A stretch of DNA of 64,000 nucleotides from positions 1 to 64,000 of the forward strand of contig CALSCP010001139.1 in assembly GCA_943704425.1 (NCBI GenBank), in the 5' to 3' direction. Of this stretch, positions 43,624 through 57,603 are shown one piece after another. Below the pieces are notes generated by a model. The model saw nothing but the letters and a program-made list of their open reading frames with translations, searched no databases and was not told the origin of the DNA. Each line of letters begins with the position of its first letter. Position 1 is the first letter of the stretch. Source of the DNA: Ministeria vibrans ATCC 50519. Its lineage: Eukaryota > Protista > Filasterea. The position numbers and the translations under genes are program-made.

Positions 43624-46600
43624 ATGGTGCGTCGTCTCGCAGGGACGGTGCTGTTCATCCTGGCCACGACGGCCGTCTCGGCGTCACTTCCGCCCCCCGT
43701 GCACGACCTCATCTTTCTTGATCCTGCTGCCCTTGAGCAGGCCCACCAGCGCAGCCGTCGTGATGCCCAGCCGTCCATCTCGTTTTCCTTTCAGACCCCC
43801 TCCTTGCGGTATGCCGCTACACGCACCCCCACCCTCTCCCCGGCACCACACCCACACCCACACTCTCTCTCCCCCCCCNNNNNNNNNNACGTAAAGAGCC
43901 CCACACCACAGTAGAAGTCAAGCAGGACGGACGGAAGCGCACCCGCACTCCTCCACGCGTCTTGTTGTTGCAGGCAGTTCGACGTCCATCTTCACTCGCG
44001 CGCTTATGCAAACCGCAAAGTCGATTTTGTCGCTGTTCGCGGGAACCGCACCTCCACCGTCGACTACGACGCTTCTCGCCACTATCTCGGCAACCTAGGC
44101 ACTCCCAACTCAACAGTGGTTGGGTCGCTCCACGACGGTGTCTTTGATGGCGTCCTTTGCGACGCACAAGGCACTCTTTTCGTCTTGCAGCCTCTTTCGC
44201 ACTTTCACGCTCTCCCACCACAGCGAGGCGCCACGCACGTCTTCTACAACTTTGACGACGCCCCGCTCGAGACCGATTCGTGCGCCTACCTCGAGGCCGA
44301 CGACCGCGACAGCGTCCACCGCTCCAAGACGCCCTCGTCCGCCTCGTCACGCCCCCGACGGTCCACCCCGTGCGTCTCCCAGGTGCCTCAGTCAGCCGCT
44401 ACCTGTGCCTTCTCCATCTACGCCGACAGCACATTCTACGACGAGTATGGCTCGATCAAAGGTACGTCAAAATGACCAATTGAGCGCTTTGTTTACATAA
44501 TAAATATATTTTTGTGTAGCGGTCATCAATGAAATGCTCCTGCACATGAGCACCGCGGAAACCATCTTCAGCCAGACTGTCTGGGGTGTGTCGTCGCCGT
44601 CGCTTTCCTTTCGCATTTCACGCGTCGTCGTGTACACGTCGGAGCCATCGCTCATGCCCCTCTCCATATCCAACGCTGGCGAGCTGCTGGATGCCTTTGG
44701 TGACCAGGCGTACGCCGACGGTGCCAATGCCATGTGTCTTGCGCACCTTTTTACGTTCCGCAGCCTTGGTACTACCAACGGCATTGCCTATCGGGGCCAG
44801 GTGGGCTCGTCGACTGGCGGCGTTTGCGGCCGAACATCCACCAGTCGTGCCAAAAACACCGGTCTCACCAGTACCAATCGTCAGGGCATCCGTCGCGACC
44901 GCTCCGGCTCAGTACTCACCTGCACCCACGAGATTGGTCACAACTTTGGATCGCCTCACGACGACACAGACCCCGACCAAGAGTGCTATCCACCCGACCA
45001 ACTCGGCGGAAACTACATCATGTGGCCCCTGTCGAACGAGCGCACCGAAACGAACAAGAAAAAGTTCTCAGAGTGCTCCCGCGAGTACGTCTGCACCGTC
45101 CTCAACGACAAGCACGACATATGTTTCATCAGCGACGCCACTCCAGCACCTGCCGTCTGTGGCAATGGTATTGTCGACAGCGGCGAACTCTGCGACTGCG
45201 GCCAGGCGGCCGGTGGCGACGCCTCCGCCTGTGCCCTTGTTGACCCTTGCTGTCAACCTGGCTGCACTCTCGTGCCCGCCGCCGCTTGCTCACCCTCTGC
45301 CGACGGGTGTTGCACCGCTGCCTGTGCTCTTGCGTCCCAGAACACTGTGTGTTCCGTCGCCACCGAGTGCCTCTCCGCCGCCGTCTGCTCAGGCGTCTCC
45401 AAGACGTGTCCCACGCCGCAGTCCAATGCCGACGGCACCCCATGCGACTGTGCGGGCAACACGGCACCAAATTGCCCGAGCACGTGCCAGTCGGGTGCCT
45501 GCTCCGTCTCGCGCTGTACCTCTCTCTTTGGCTTGCAGCCGTGTGCATCGAGCAGTCATGAGTGTACGTTACGCTGCGACCACCCCGTGCGCGGTTGTGT
45601 GCCTCTCGATCAGCTCAGTCGCTCGCTTGGCACTGTCTTTGTGCCCGCCGAGTCTCCATGTACGCTTGCTTCCACTCTCGAGAGCACCTGTACGTCAAAC
45701 TTTCCACCCACTTGCATCCCCGAGTCGTCCTTGTCCGGCTGCTCCTCCTCCCCATGTGCCTTTGGCGGTATCTGCACCGACTTTAGCAAGGGCGCCTTCG
45801 TGTGTCTCTGTGCCGCCGGCACAACCGGTACCATGTGCGAGACCAACATTGACGAGTGCGCCTCGTCACCGTGCGCCGCAACTGCCACATGCGTTGACAC
45901 CTTTGGCGCTCCCGTGTGTGTCTGTGCTCCCAACACCTCTGGCGATTTCTGTCAACTTCCCGACGGCTGTGCCTCCGTCACCTGTGCAAACGGCGCCCTC
46001 TGCTCTCCCGAAGTCGCCGGTGAATTTTCCGCATCGCTCCTCGTGCCTGGTGACCACTTTTACCCAACCGAGACCCAAGTGACCTTCGCCAATGTGCCCA
46101 AGCCGGTTTCGAGCGGCACTGTTCTCGTCACGGCTCGCGGTGACTTCAGTCTTGTGCAAGAGTACATTGACATTGAGACGAGCAGTGGTGTTCTCGTTGC
46201 GCGGCTCTTTGACACATCGGGCGCCGACTGCTCCGTCATCGCCGATCAAAGCTCAGCTTCGTATGCCGCGCTCAGCACTGCGTACTCGACCAATTCTTCT
46301 TCTCTCACCTTCAAAGTCGTCTTTCCCCTCAACGTCAACGACCTCTGCTCGACGAGTGTCGTGAATCTCACTGTCGCCTACTACACCTCTGTCTCGGGCG
46401 TCTGTCACTGTACTCCCGGCTACACTGGTACTCTGTGTGATACCCCCGTGCCCGCCGGTTGTCTTTCGTCGCCATGCGACACTGGCTCCACCTGCGTGGA
46501 TCAGACTGTCGTGCCCGGTAGCTTTGTCTGCCTCTGTCCACACCATCGCCAGGGCACACTCTGCGACCAGGTGAACATGTGTTTAGCTGCAGACTCGTGC

Positions 46601-49600
46601 GCCACCGCAACAAACGTGTGCGTGACACGGTCGAGTGTGGTCAACAGCGTCGTGCACTCCTTTGATGGATTCCAGTCGAGAACGTACACTTTTACGCTCG
46701 GCTCGCGCACACCCACTGCAAACGTCCGCCTTATTTTTGACGGTTCGCTTGACCTTGAGAGCGCCCACGAGTCGGTCCATGTCACGGGACCCGGTGGTTT
46801 CTCGCGCACCATCTTTTCGTCAAGTGTGGGCGCACGCGATTGCCACCAGAGCACTGAGTCGCTCTCGCTGTCGGTCGCCGAGCTCACGGCGCTCGCTGCC
46901 GGCACCGGTGCCTTCGACTTGACTGTCACTCTGTCGGCGTCCGTCACCGAAGATCGCTGCCTCCTCCCCCGTCTCAATGTCACTCTTCTCTTTGAAGTTG
47001 CTCCCCACGCCAGCTGCTCGCCCGCACTGGGCGCCTGTGCTTCGTCGCCTTGCCAAAATGGTGCTACTTGCACACCCAGCAGCACCATGTCGCTGTTCAA
47101 CTGCACATGCGCCATTCGCTACACGGGCACCCTCTGTGACATGGCCATTGACGAGTGCGCGTCGTCGCCGTGCGAGTCGGGCGGCACGTGCGCCCCTCTG
47201 AGCACTGGGTTTCTCTGTACCTGCCCAGCGGGTCGTGCTGGTTCCACCTGCTCGCTCACGTACGACTTTTGCTCGTCGTCACCGTGTGCCACGGGTGCCA
47301 CCTGCTCCGGCTCGAGTTGTGTGTGCGCGCCCGCGCAGTCGGGCGTCTTTTGCACCGAATCCAACTTGTGCGCGTCTATGCCATGTGCCAATGGTGGCAC
47401 CTGTACGCAGGAGACGTCGACCACGTCACGCACGCTTACCATTTCGCAGTCGTCCGAAGACATTTACTTTCCCAACCAACTCGCCTTTGCCTTCACCGGT
47501 CTACCTGCGCCCTCCTTCACTTCGACGACTCCTGGAAAGCTCACTGTTGTGGCGTACACGGACCTTGCCAACGATAACGAGTACCTCATTGTAACGGGAC
47601 CCGCCTCGCTCAATGCCGAGCTCTTCCGTGGCTCTACCGGCCAAGATTGCGTCATTGTGACCGCTAGCCTTAATCTTCCAGCGCCCTACATGGTCCAGTT
47701 GCTCTCCTCGTCCGACCTCACGCTTCATCTCAACTTCTCCAGCGACGTAGGCTCCAACTGTGGCTCTTCCTTTGTCACCCTAACCCTCGAGTACGAGCAG
47801 GCGTCGACTCCCATGTGCGCCTGCGCCACCGGCTTTGGCGGCGACGCCTGCCAGACCATCTTGAGTATTTGTGCGTCTAATCCTTGCGCAAACTCTGGGC
47901 TGTGCACGACAGTGAGCGGCGGCTCTACCTACACGTGCACGTGCGTCGGTGGGTTTACGGGCGATCATTGCGAAACGTTTGTGGACGGCTGTCTCTCCAA
48001 TCCGTGTGCCAACGAAGGCACCTGTATCTACGAGTTCACGACCGACTATCGACGCGACGGCTCCCTCACCACTGTCTCCGCGACAATTGCGCAGGTACCC
48101 GAGGCGACGGGCGACGTCTCATATACCGTGTCGGTGCGCGGTGACGTAGCAAGCGCCGCGGAAACATTTACAGTTCCCGACGTGGGCACTTTTTTCACCA
48201 CAGCAGCCGGCAGCGACTGCTCGTCGACGTTGTCGTCGACCGCGACTGTTGCGGCAGCAACTTTGAATGCCGCACGCTCCGCCTCCTCCGGGGGCATTTC
48301 CATTTCGGGGGTATTCTCGTCTGAAGTGAATCCCTCGGCGTGCACCAGCACCTCGTTCATTGCTGTCTCACTGGCGTACCCCGTGGCGCAGGGCATCTCC
48401 AAGTGTCTGTGTGCAACCGGCTTCTCGGGCGCTGACTGTACCACCAGCGTGGACAGCTGTGCCTCGTCGCCCTGTCAGAACGGCGCCACTTGCACCAACG
48501 GTGCCGCTGCCACCTTTTCGTGCGCCTGTGCGACCGGCTTTGCCTCGCGCCTGTGCGACGCCATTGACACGTGCGCTTCCCTGTCGTGTCAGAACGGCGG
48601 TGCTTGTGTCGTTGCCGCACCCTCTTCGCTGCGGTACGACCTCACTGCATCGCCCAGCACCTTTGTCTTCACCAATCTGCCTGTGGTGCCCTCCTCGGTC
48701 ACCCTCAGCATCACGGCACTGGGGGACTTTGGAACGGCCGTCGAGTTTATCACGCTGTCCGGCTCGAATTCCTTCTCAACAACCCTCTTTGACGACGCGA
48801 CCGTCTCTGACTGTGGTCTGCGAACCGCGACCATTACGCTGACTCCTGCTGAGTTTGCCAATCTCAAGGACAGCTCGGGCGCCATTGCGCTACTGGCACT
48901 TGTCTCGGGTGACGTCAATCCCTCCTTCTGCACGTCCAACTACCTTGATCTGAGCATGAATGTTGGCACGCAGTCGTGCGATTGTTCTGCAGGAGTCACC
49001 GGAGACCTCTGTGAGACAACCATCGCGTCCTTCGTGGATCCGTGCACCTCTCAGCCTTGTCTCAACAGCGGCTCTTGCCAGTCCTTTCCAACATTTACCC
49101 AGAGTGTGGCGCTCGCCCAGGCCTACGCCCCTCATTCGCACACTGTCACCTTTACCGCCCTTCCTCAGTACACGGGCGCAACTCGTCTGAGGCTGACAAC
49201 CGATGCGGACGTGTTGGGCTCGGGTGCGCTTGTGCTTGTCACCCACCCCGCTGGTTACTCCCAGACGTACTTCACAAGTGCCGTTGGCGTGAACTGTGCC
49301 GAGCAGACACAGAGTGCCGCCATTGATGCGGATACTGTGTCACTTTTGCGCTCCGGCGACACCCTCTCGTTCAGCTTGAGCTTTTCGTCGGGCGTCAGTT
49401 CGTCGGTGTGTGGCTCGGCAACGCTTACGGCCACACTTGAAATTGATCCGGCCAACGTGTTTGTCTGTGCGTGCACTCCTAACGCGTTTTACGGCGAACG
49501 TTGCGAGACGGCCTTTGGTGAGTGCTACTCGCTGCCATGCCTCAATGGCGGCGTGTGCAGCGAGGGTGCGGGCGGCGTGTTTTCTGCGTGTGCCTGTCCC

Positions 49601-52600
49601 GCCGGCTACACCGGCGTCCACTGCGAGACAGAATTCCACCCGTGCTCCTCGTCGCCGTGCGAGTCAGGCGGCACCTGTGCTCTCGAAACAGGCAACACAT
49701 TCTCGTGCACCTGTGCCTTTGGCTTCTCGGGTCCCACCTGTGCCGTCACGGTCGACGAGTGTGCGTCGGCGCCCTGTCACGCCTCCGCCACCTGTGTTGA
49801 CATGGTTCTGGAGTATATGTGCACCTGTGCGGCGGGATACACAGGCGCCGCTTGCGACGAGGACATCAACGAGTGTACGTCGCAGCCGTGTGCCATGGGC
49901 GCCACCTGCAACGATATGACTGCCGCGTTTACATGCACATGTGCTCTAGGCACGACCGGCAGTGACTGTTCGCAGGACATTGACGAGTGTGCTTCGTCGC
50001 CATGCCATCCGTCGGCCACATGCAACAATGAGGCGGCCAAGTTTACGTGTGTCTGCGCGCCGGGTCGCACTGGTGTCGATTGTGCTGTTGACATCAACGA
50101 GTGTACATCGTCTCCGTGTGAGAATGGGGGCACGTGTGTGAACGGCGATGACATGTGGTCGTGCGTGTGTTCGAAGGGCTACACTGGTTCAGACTGCCAC
50201 ACAGACATTGACGAGTGCGCCTCGTCGCCGTGCGAAAATGGTGCCGTGTGCAGCCACTCACTGGACGCCTTTTCGTGTCTCTGTGACATGGGCTACACGG
50301 GCGCTACGTGCAACGTTGATATTGACGAGTGTGCGTCGTCGCCCTGCCAGAATGGGGGCACTTGTGGCCAGGCGGGCATTGTTCAGGTGCCCTGGTGTAT
50401 TGGTGGGAACTGTGTGCCCGCGTCAAACAATGTTAACGTTGGCGATCTTGTGCGCTGGACAATTCTTTCGGGATTTCACACAGTGTCGACGACGGGTGGC
50501 GTCATGTCGTTTGATTCGGGTGGCCTTGCGTCGGGCGCCACCTATGAGCAAGTGATGAACACTGCGGGCACCATCAGCTACCAGTGCAACTTCCACACGT
50601 CCATGCAAGGGGAGCTGATCGTGTCGGCTGGTGCCAGTGGTGGGGCAGGACGATTTGTGTGCCAATGCGATTCTGGCTATGATGGCGTAACGTGTGCCAC
50701 CGACATTGACGAGTGTGCCTCGTCACCGTGTGTCAATGGCGCAACATGTGTCGACGGCGCGAACGCCTTTACATGCACATGTGCCGCTGGCTACACCAGT
50801 ACCTTGTGTGACGGCGACATTGACGAGTGTGCGTCGTCACCGTGCCACACAGCTGCCACCTGTGTTGACGGAGTGGACGCGTATGCATGCGAGTGTCCAC
50901 CGGGGCTCACTGGTAGTGAGTGCGATGTCGATGTTGATGAGTGTGTGTCGTCTCCGTGTGAGAATGGCGCTACGTGTACCAACGGCAATGCCATGTGGAC
51001 ATGTACGTGTGTTGCTGGGTATGCTGGGGCGTCGTGCGCCGTGGACATTGACGAGTGTGCGTCGAGTCCGTGTGAGAACTCTGCCGTGTGCACAGATGTG
51101 TTGCTTGGGTACACGTGTGCCTGTGATCCTGGCTACACTGGCACGGTGTGTGACGTCGACATTGACGAGTGTGTCTCTGGGCCGTGCGTGAATGGTGGCA
51201 CATGTGTCGACATGGTAAACGAGTTTACATGCTCGTGCGCTCAGGGAACTACCGGTACACTCTGTGACGTGGACGTGGCCGAATGCGATTCGTCACCGTG
51301 TGTCAATGGCGCAACATGTGTCGACGGCGCGAACGCCTTTACATGCACATGTGCCGCTGGCTACACCAGTACCTTGTGTGACGGCGACATTGACGAGTGT
51401 GCGTCGTCACCGTGCCACACAGCTGCCACCTGTGTTGACGGAGTGGACGCGTATGCATGCGAGTGTCCACCGGGGCTCACTGGTAGTGAGTGCGATGTCG
51501 ATGTTGATGAGTGTGTGTCGTCTCCGTGTGAGAATGGCGCTACGTGTACCAACGGCAATGCCATGTGGACATGTACGTGTGTTGCTGGGTATGCTGGGGC
51601 GTCGTGCGCCGTGGACATTGACGAGTGTGCGTCGAGTCCGTGTGAGAACTCTGCCGTGTGCACAGATGTGTTGCTTGGGTACACGTGTGCCTGTGATCCT
51701 GGCTACACTGGCACGGTGTGTGACGTCGACATTGACGAGTGTGTCTCTGGGCCGTGCGTGAATGGTGGCACATGTGTCGATTGGTGNNNNNNNNNNNNNN
51801 NNNNNNNNNNNNNNNNNNNNNNNNNNNNNNNNNNNNNNNNNNNNNNNNNNNNNNNNNNNNNNNNNNNNNNNNNNNNGTGTTGCTTGGGTACACGTGTGCC
51901 TGTGATCCTGGCTACACTGGCACGGTGTGTGACGTCGACATTGACGAGTGTGTCTCTGGGCCGTGCGTGAATGGTGGCACATGTGTCGATATGGTGAACA
52001 TGTACAGCTGTTCGTGTGTCAGTGGGTATACTGGCACCGACTGCGACGGCGACATTAACGAGTGCACGATCGGTACCTCCGGGTGCGACGTGAGCACCAC
52101 CGACTGTGTCAATTCGGTGGGATCCTTCTCGTGCGAGTGCAAGAGCGAGCACTACCGCCAGTTGTCCACTGCGTGTGGCGCCTGCCTGGCCATCAGCAAC
52201 TGCCTTGCTGGCGCTGTGACGTGCATCGACAGCAGTGCGTCACAGTGCGAAGTGTGCATGCCCACGTATGTTCACACCGACGGCGCTCCTGTGGACGAAT
52301 GTGACTTGCTTGTGAATAGTCCGTTGTCCATCGAACAGATTGCCAATGAGGTCCGACTTACCTTTGGGGCGTCCATTGCGTCGCAGCTGCTGGCCATCAT
52401 CCGTGCGCTCGTCGATGCCCTCAATCAGTACTTTGCGGCGCAACTTGGACGTCGTCGCGCAATTGTCGCGGACGATGTGGTTGTGGTGAGTCAACAGGGT
52501 GCTGAGGTGGTTGTGGTGGCGCGGACTGACGCACGCAATGGGTCGGTGAGTGTGGTGGATGTGAGTGCAGCCACGACTGCGTCTTCGTCGGCGCTTGGTG

Positions 52601-52965
52601 CAGCTGCTGGAAGTCCGCTTGTGTCGGCGCAGAGTGCATCGACCAACACGGGTGGCAGTGGCTCGGGGAGTGGCGGTGGGAGCATTGCCGCGATTGCGGG
52701 TGGTGCAGCTGCAGCCGTCGTGGTTGTTGCGGCTGCGTTGGGACTGTTGTGGTATCGCCATCGCCAGGCACACTTGCGCACATCGCTCACCTCCTATGAC
52801 TCCTATTACGGCCTGAGCACCGATACGAATCTGTTGAACACTTCGCGCCTGTCCATGGCTAGTGCTTCCGAGCCGACATCGGATGTTGTCCCCATGCAGC
52901 TGGTGCGGGTCAACTCGTTGCTACTTCACAATTCTTCCAGCAATAATCACGGAGAGAAAGTGTGA
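43624..52965 (+). CDS. Giant type I membrane protein: ADAM10-like prodomain, metalloprotease, disintegrin and Cys-rich region; more than 30 EGF repeats with inserted domains; TM; cytoplasmic tail
   Basis: Signal peptide; HQRSRR and RPRR convertase sites; HEIGHNFGSPHD zinc motif; NYIM Met-turn; CGNGIVDSGELCDCG; many D-I-D-E-C Ca-binding EGFs; TM at about 52684-52755. The frame change at 51787-51876 coincides with an N gap. Confidence 0.88.
50720..51989 (+). repeat. 570-bp tandem duplication (five EGF units), two copies plus a further partial match across an N gap
   Basis: About 50720-51211 is repeated exactly at about 51290-51781, and identical ORFs appear 570 bp apart. 51877-51989 repeats part of the unit again. 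Confidence 0.93.
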
Positions 52966-53500
52966 CATTATCACCGTCTCGTCTAGAAGTCTACGGTGGA
53001 AGTACTGTGCTGCTCTTTGTTGTATAATTATTATGGTCTTGTTTTGATATTACATTTTTTTTTGGGTTTTCATGAATTATTTGAAATAATTACTATGGTC
53101 GTTTGAAAAACACTGGCTCGGCGACTAATAAAATAATTAATAACAATAATCAATTTATTATACATTAATTTTTATTATTATAGTACTAACTACTAGAAAG
53201 ATGCAATCAGTTTTTTTATCAATCTCATATATTTTTAATAATAACAATAACATCAACTCTATTACTATTATTGTATTAAATAAACAAAAAAATAAAATAA
53301 TTATAATAATAATAATTATTATTATTATTACTCTTCATTAATAATAGTAATAAGAAAAATAAATAGTCAATAGAGAATCAAGAGCTGTACTCATAACTCA
53401 ATGTCAAAACAAGACAATATACAAAACAAAGCTGATAATAATCATTAATAATTGTTGAGTAAAGTGTACAATCTGAAATCTTCTTCTTCATTTATTTTCT

Positions 53501-54424
<924 letters not shown>

Positions 54425-54701
54425 TAAACACAGCCAGAATCCAACCTGTCGCACATGAAAGTGAAAGAAAGATCATACCTGAGGATCCGCAATGGTGCCG
54501 CCTACGACTGCCTTGTACAGCGTCTACCTGTGCCTCCGTACATTCTTCTCATGGGTGTATCAGTGGGTCCATGGGCTTTTTTTGGGGACATTCTCGTCTA
54601 GAAGTCTACGGCGAAAGTATTGTGCTGCTCTTTGTTTTGTATGTAGTTTTGTTTTGACATCTCTCGATTGAAAATCGATTCCTATTTTCAATTTTTCATC
54701 A

Positions 54702-54922
54702 ATGTTCCCCTCGCTCACCGCTGTACTTGCTGTACTTCTGTCGACACTGGCTTCGGCCAGCGGTACAGCCGTGCTGCAGCGTTCGGGGGCGCTGTGGAGC
54801 AATGCGTCTGTGTGGCTGCCGTCTGCGGTGGCGCCTCCTCCGCTGTGCAGCACTGTGGACCTGTCCGTCTTGGTAAGAGCTCCGTCTGGGCTCATCCCCA
54901 CCGCCACTTCCCTCTTCATCGG

Positions 54923-55005
<83 letters not shown>

Positions 55006-55441
55006 CTTTGTTTCTTTCTCCCTCCCTCCTTTCTCTCTCTCTCTCTCTTTCTCTCTTTGTGTGCCACCTAGGGTTCTTCCGTTGTTTGTCCACTTCTTCC
55101 TGCTTGAAACTCTCCTTTTCTTTTAGCCGCTCTTGCGAAGTTCGCAACACACTCAAAAATCAACAATGTACGATCCGCTAGTCGCCTGGCTGGGCACCGG
55201 ACTGCTCACGAGTTATGGACACAAGTGGAAGTCGCGGCGCAATCTCTTGACCCCCTCGTTTCACTTTGAGATTCTCAAAGACTTTGCCAATGTGTTTGTC
55301 GAACAGGTGGCTACTCGAACAACATTCTCCCTCTCTGTCACTCTCTCTGTCTCTGTCTCTGTCTCTGTCTCTGTCTCTGTCTCTGTCTCTCTCTGTCTCT
55401 CTGTCTCTCTGTCTCTCTGTCTCTCTATCTTTCTCTCTCTA

Positions 55442-55482
<41 letters not shown>

Positions 55483-57127
55483 CTCACTCACTCACTCACT
55501 CACTTACTCACTCACTTACTCACTCACTCACTTACTCACTCACTCACTCACTCACTCACTCACTCTCTCTTTCTCACTCTTTCTCTCCCTCTCTCTCACT
55601 CTTTCTCTCTCTCTCTCTCATTCTTCCCCCCCTGTTAATAGGCTGAAGTGTTTGCATCGCGTTTCGACGCCATTGCCGAGTCGGGCGAAGCAGTGGATAT
55701 TTTCCCTCTGGCATGTGCGTGTACTCTGGACGTCATTTGCGAGACTGCCATGGGCCGCACTGTCGACGCACAGCACGGAAGGTCCGTTCATATCATTCGC
55801 CTCTCTTTCCCCTTTCTTTTCTATTTCTTCATTTGTGTCGTATATTTTATGTTTATTGGGTTGTCTTGCGTAGTGGAAAGGAATACGTTGAAGCTGTCCA
55901 GAGTGCGTCGCTTCTGTTGCACATCCGTCAAAAGAGGTACTGTGACACATCCAGAATCTAATATATTCATCACTCATTCACTTTATTGCTTTCGTTTAAA
56001 GTCCTTGGCAGTGGAACGACATGATCTACAAGTACCTGCTTCCCGACGGGCGGCGCTTCCACCGCGCACTGCGCATCCTTCACGGCTTCACATCCAAAGT
56101 CATCCGTGAGCGACAAGAGCACAACGAGAGTCAGAGCCTACTTGACCTCAATGTATGTGCATTTTTGTTTGTTGATTGTTGTGTTGCACCCCTAAATTTT
56201 GCGTGTGTTTGGTTGTGACCAGGCACTAACGAAGGAAGAAGGAACGAGCGACGACAACGATGGACTGGGCCTTAAGAGGAAGCGTCGCTTGGCCTTTCTC
56301 GATGTACTCCTCTCGTGCAAGGACGAACATGGGAACCGTGCACTGTCCGACGAAGACATTCGTGAAGAGGTATAAAGTTATATATATATATATATATATA
56401 ATTGTTATATAATTATAATTATAATATTATATATCTAATAACTAGAGAGGGTTGTTGCTAATGAGTTTCATTTTTTTTTTTTTGTTAATCAGGTGGACAC
56501 GTTCATGTTCGAAGGACACGACACGACTGCGGCAGCAACGACATTTGCACTGCATTTGGTGGGTCACCATGCGGACGTGCAAGCGCGCATTCACGCCGAG
56601 CTAGACGACGCCATGGGCGACCAATCGTCCCCCGACTGGGACACCCTCAACAAGCTTCCTTACCTCAGGTTTTTTTTTTTTTTTTCACTCTATCTGTCTG
56701 TCTCTTTTCTTAATCTTACATTGCGGTATCTCTATCACAGTGCGGTGATCAAGGAGGCGCTTCGTTTGTTTCCTCCTGTGCCCATTATGGGCCGAGTGAC
56801 CAGCGAAGAGTGCGAAATCGATGGATACACTCTGCCCAAGGGAGTCGATGTGGGTACGTCTACTACAAAGTAATGTCTCTCACTCACATTCACACTGGTT
56901 CTCTCGCGTAGTCGTGTCAGGCTATGTCCTTCAGCGTGACGCCCGCAAATGGCCTGAACCCGACCGCTTTGACCCCGAGCGCTTCTTCAGCGACACCACA
57001 AAACGCCATCCGTACGCCACTGTGCCTTTTAGTGCAGGCCCGCGCAACTGCATTGGCCAAAAGGTAATAATTATAATTATTATTATTAAACTTTTCGTAC
57101 CAATTTATGCTAAAATTTAATTATCGC

Positions 57128-57158
<31 letters not shown>

Positions 57159-57168
57159 NNNNNNNNNN

Positions 57169-57218
<50 letters not shown>

Positions 57219-57383
57219 GCATAGTTTGCTCTGCTCGAACTCAAAGCTATTTTGGCGACTGTGCTCAAGAAGTTCCGTGTCGAGAGCATGGACGACACGG
57301 CGTCACTGCGCCTCATTCCCGAGATTATTCTGCGTCCCGGTCAGCCTATTCTTCTCAAGTTTCATAAGCGAACGGGTGAATAG
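54702..57383 (+). CDS. Cytochrome P450, CYP4 clan (CYP4V-like), multi-exon; N-terminal exon structure unresolved
   Basis: [59 protein letters not shown] (ExxR), [21 protein letters not shown]. Confidence 0.92.
55330..55620 (+). repeat. Compound microsatellite (CTGTCT)n/(CT)n/(CACT)n in a P450 intron
   Basis: Directly visible low-complexity run. Confidence 0.95.
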
Positions 57384-57603
57384 ACAATGTTTTTATTATT
57401 ACCTTAAAAATGTCTTCTTCTTCTATTACATTAAAATAATTAATTTTCTTTTTCTAATCACTACTCTCTGAGCGTGTGTTACATCAGCACACACATTCTG
57501 TATTTCACGTTAATAAACAATTCGCGGCCCATCCATCAAGCATCAGATGTCCAACTGTAACTTCCACCTAGGTCCACAAAGAGTTGTCCATTTGTGTTCC
57601 TCA

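Noticed and set aside
51787-51876. Apparent frameshift or pseudogenisation of the ADAM-EGF gene
   Set aside because: It coincides with an N gap of estimated length, and both flanks encode intact EGFs.
54492-55126. Separate small gene or pseudogene upstream of the P450 core
   Set aside because: No coherent frame was found; it more likely reflects unresolved 5' exons around the (CA)(GA)(CT) microsatellite junction.
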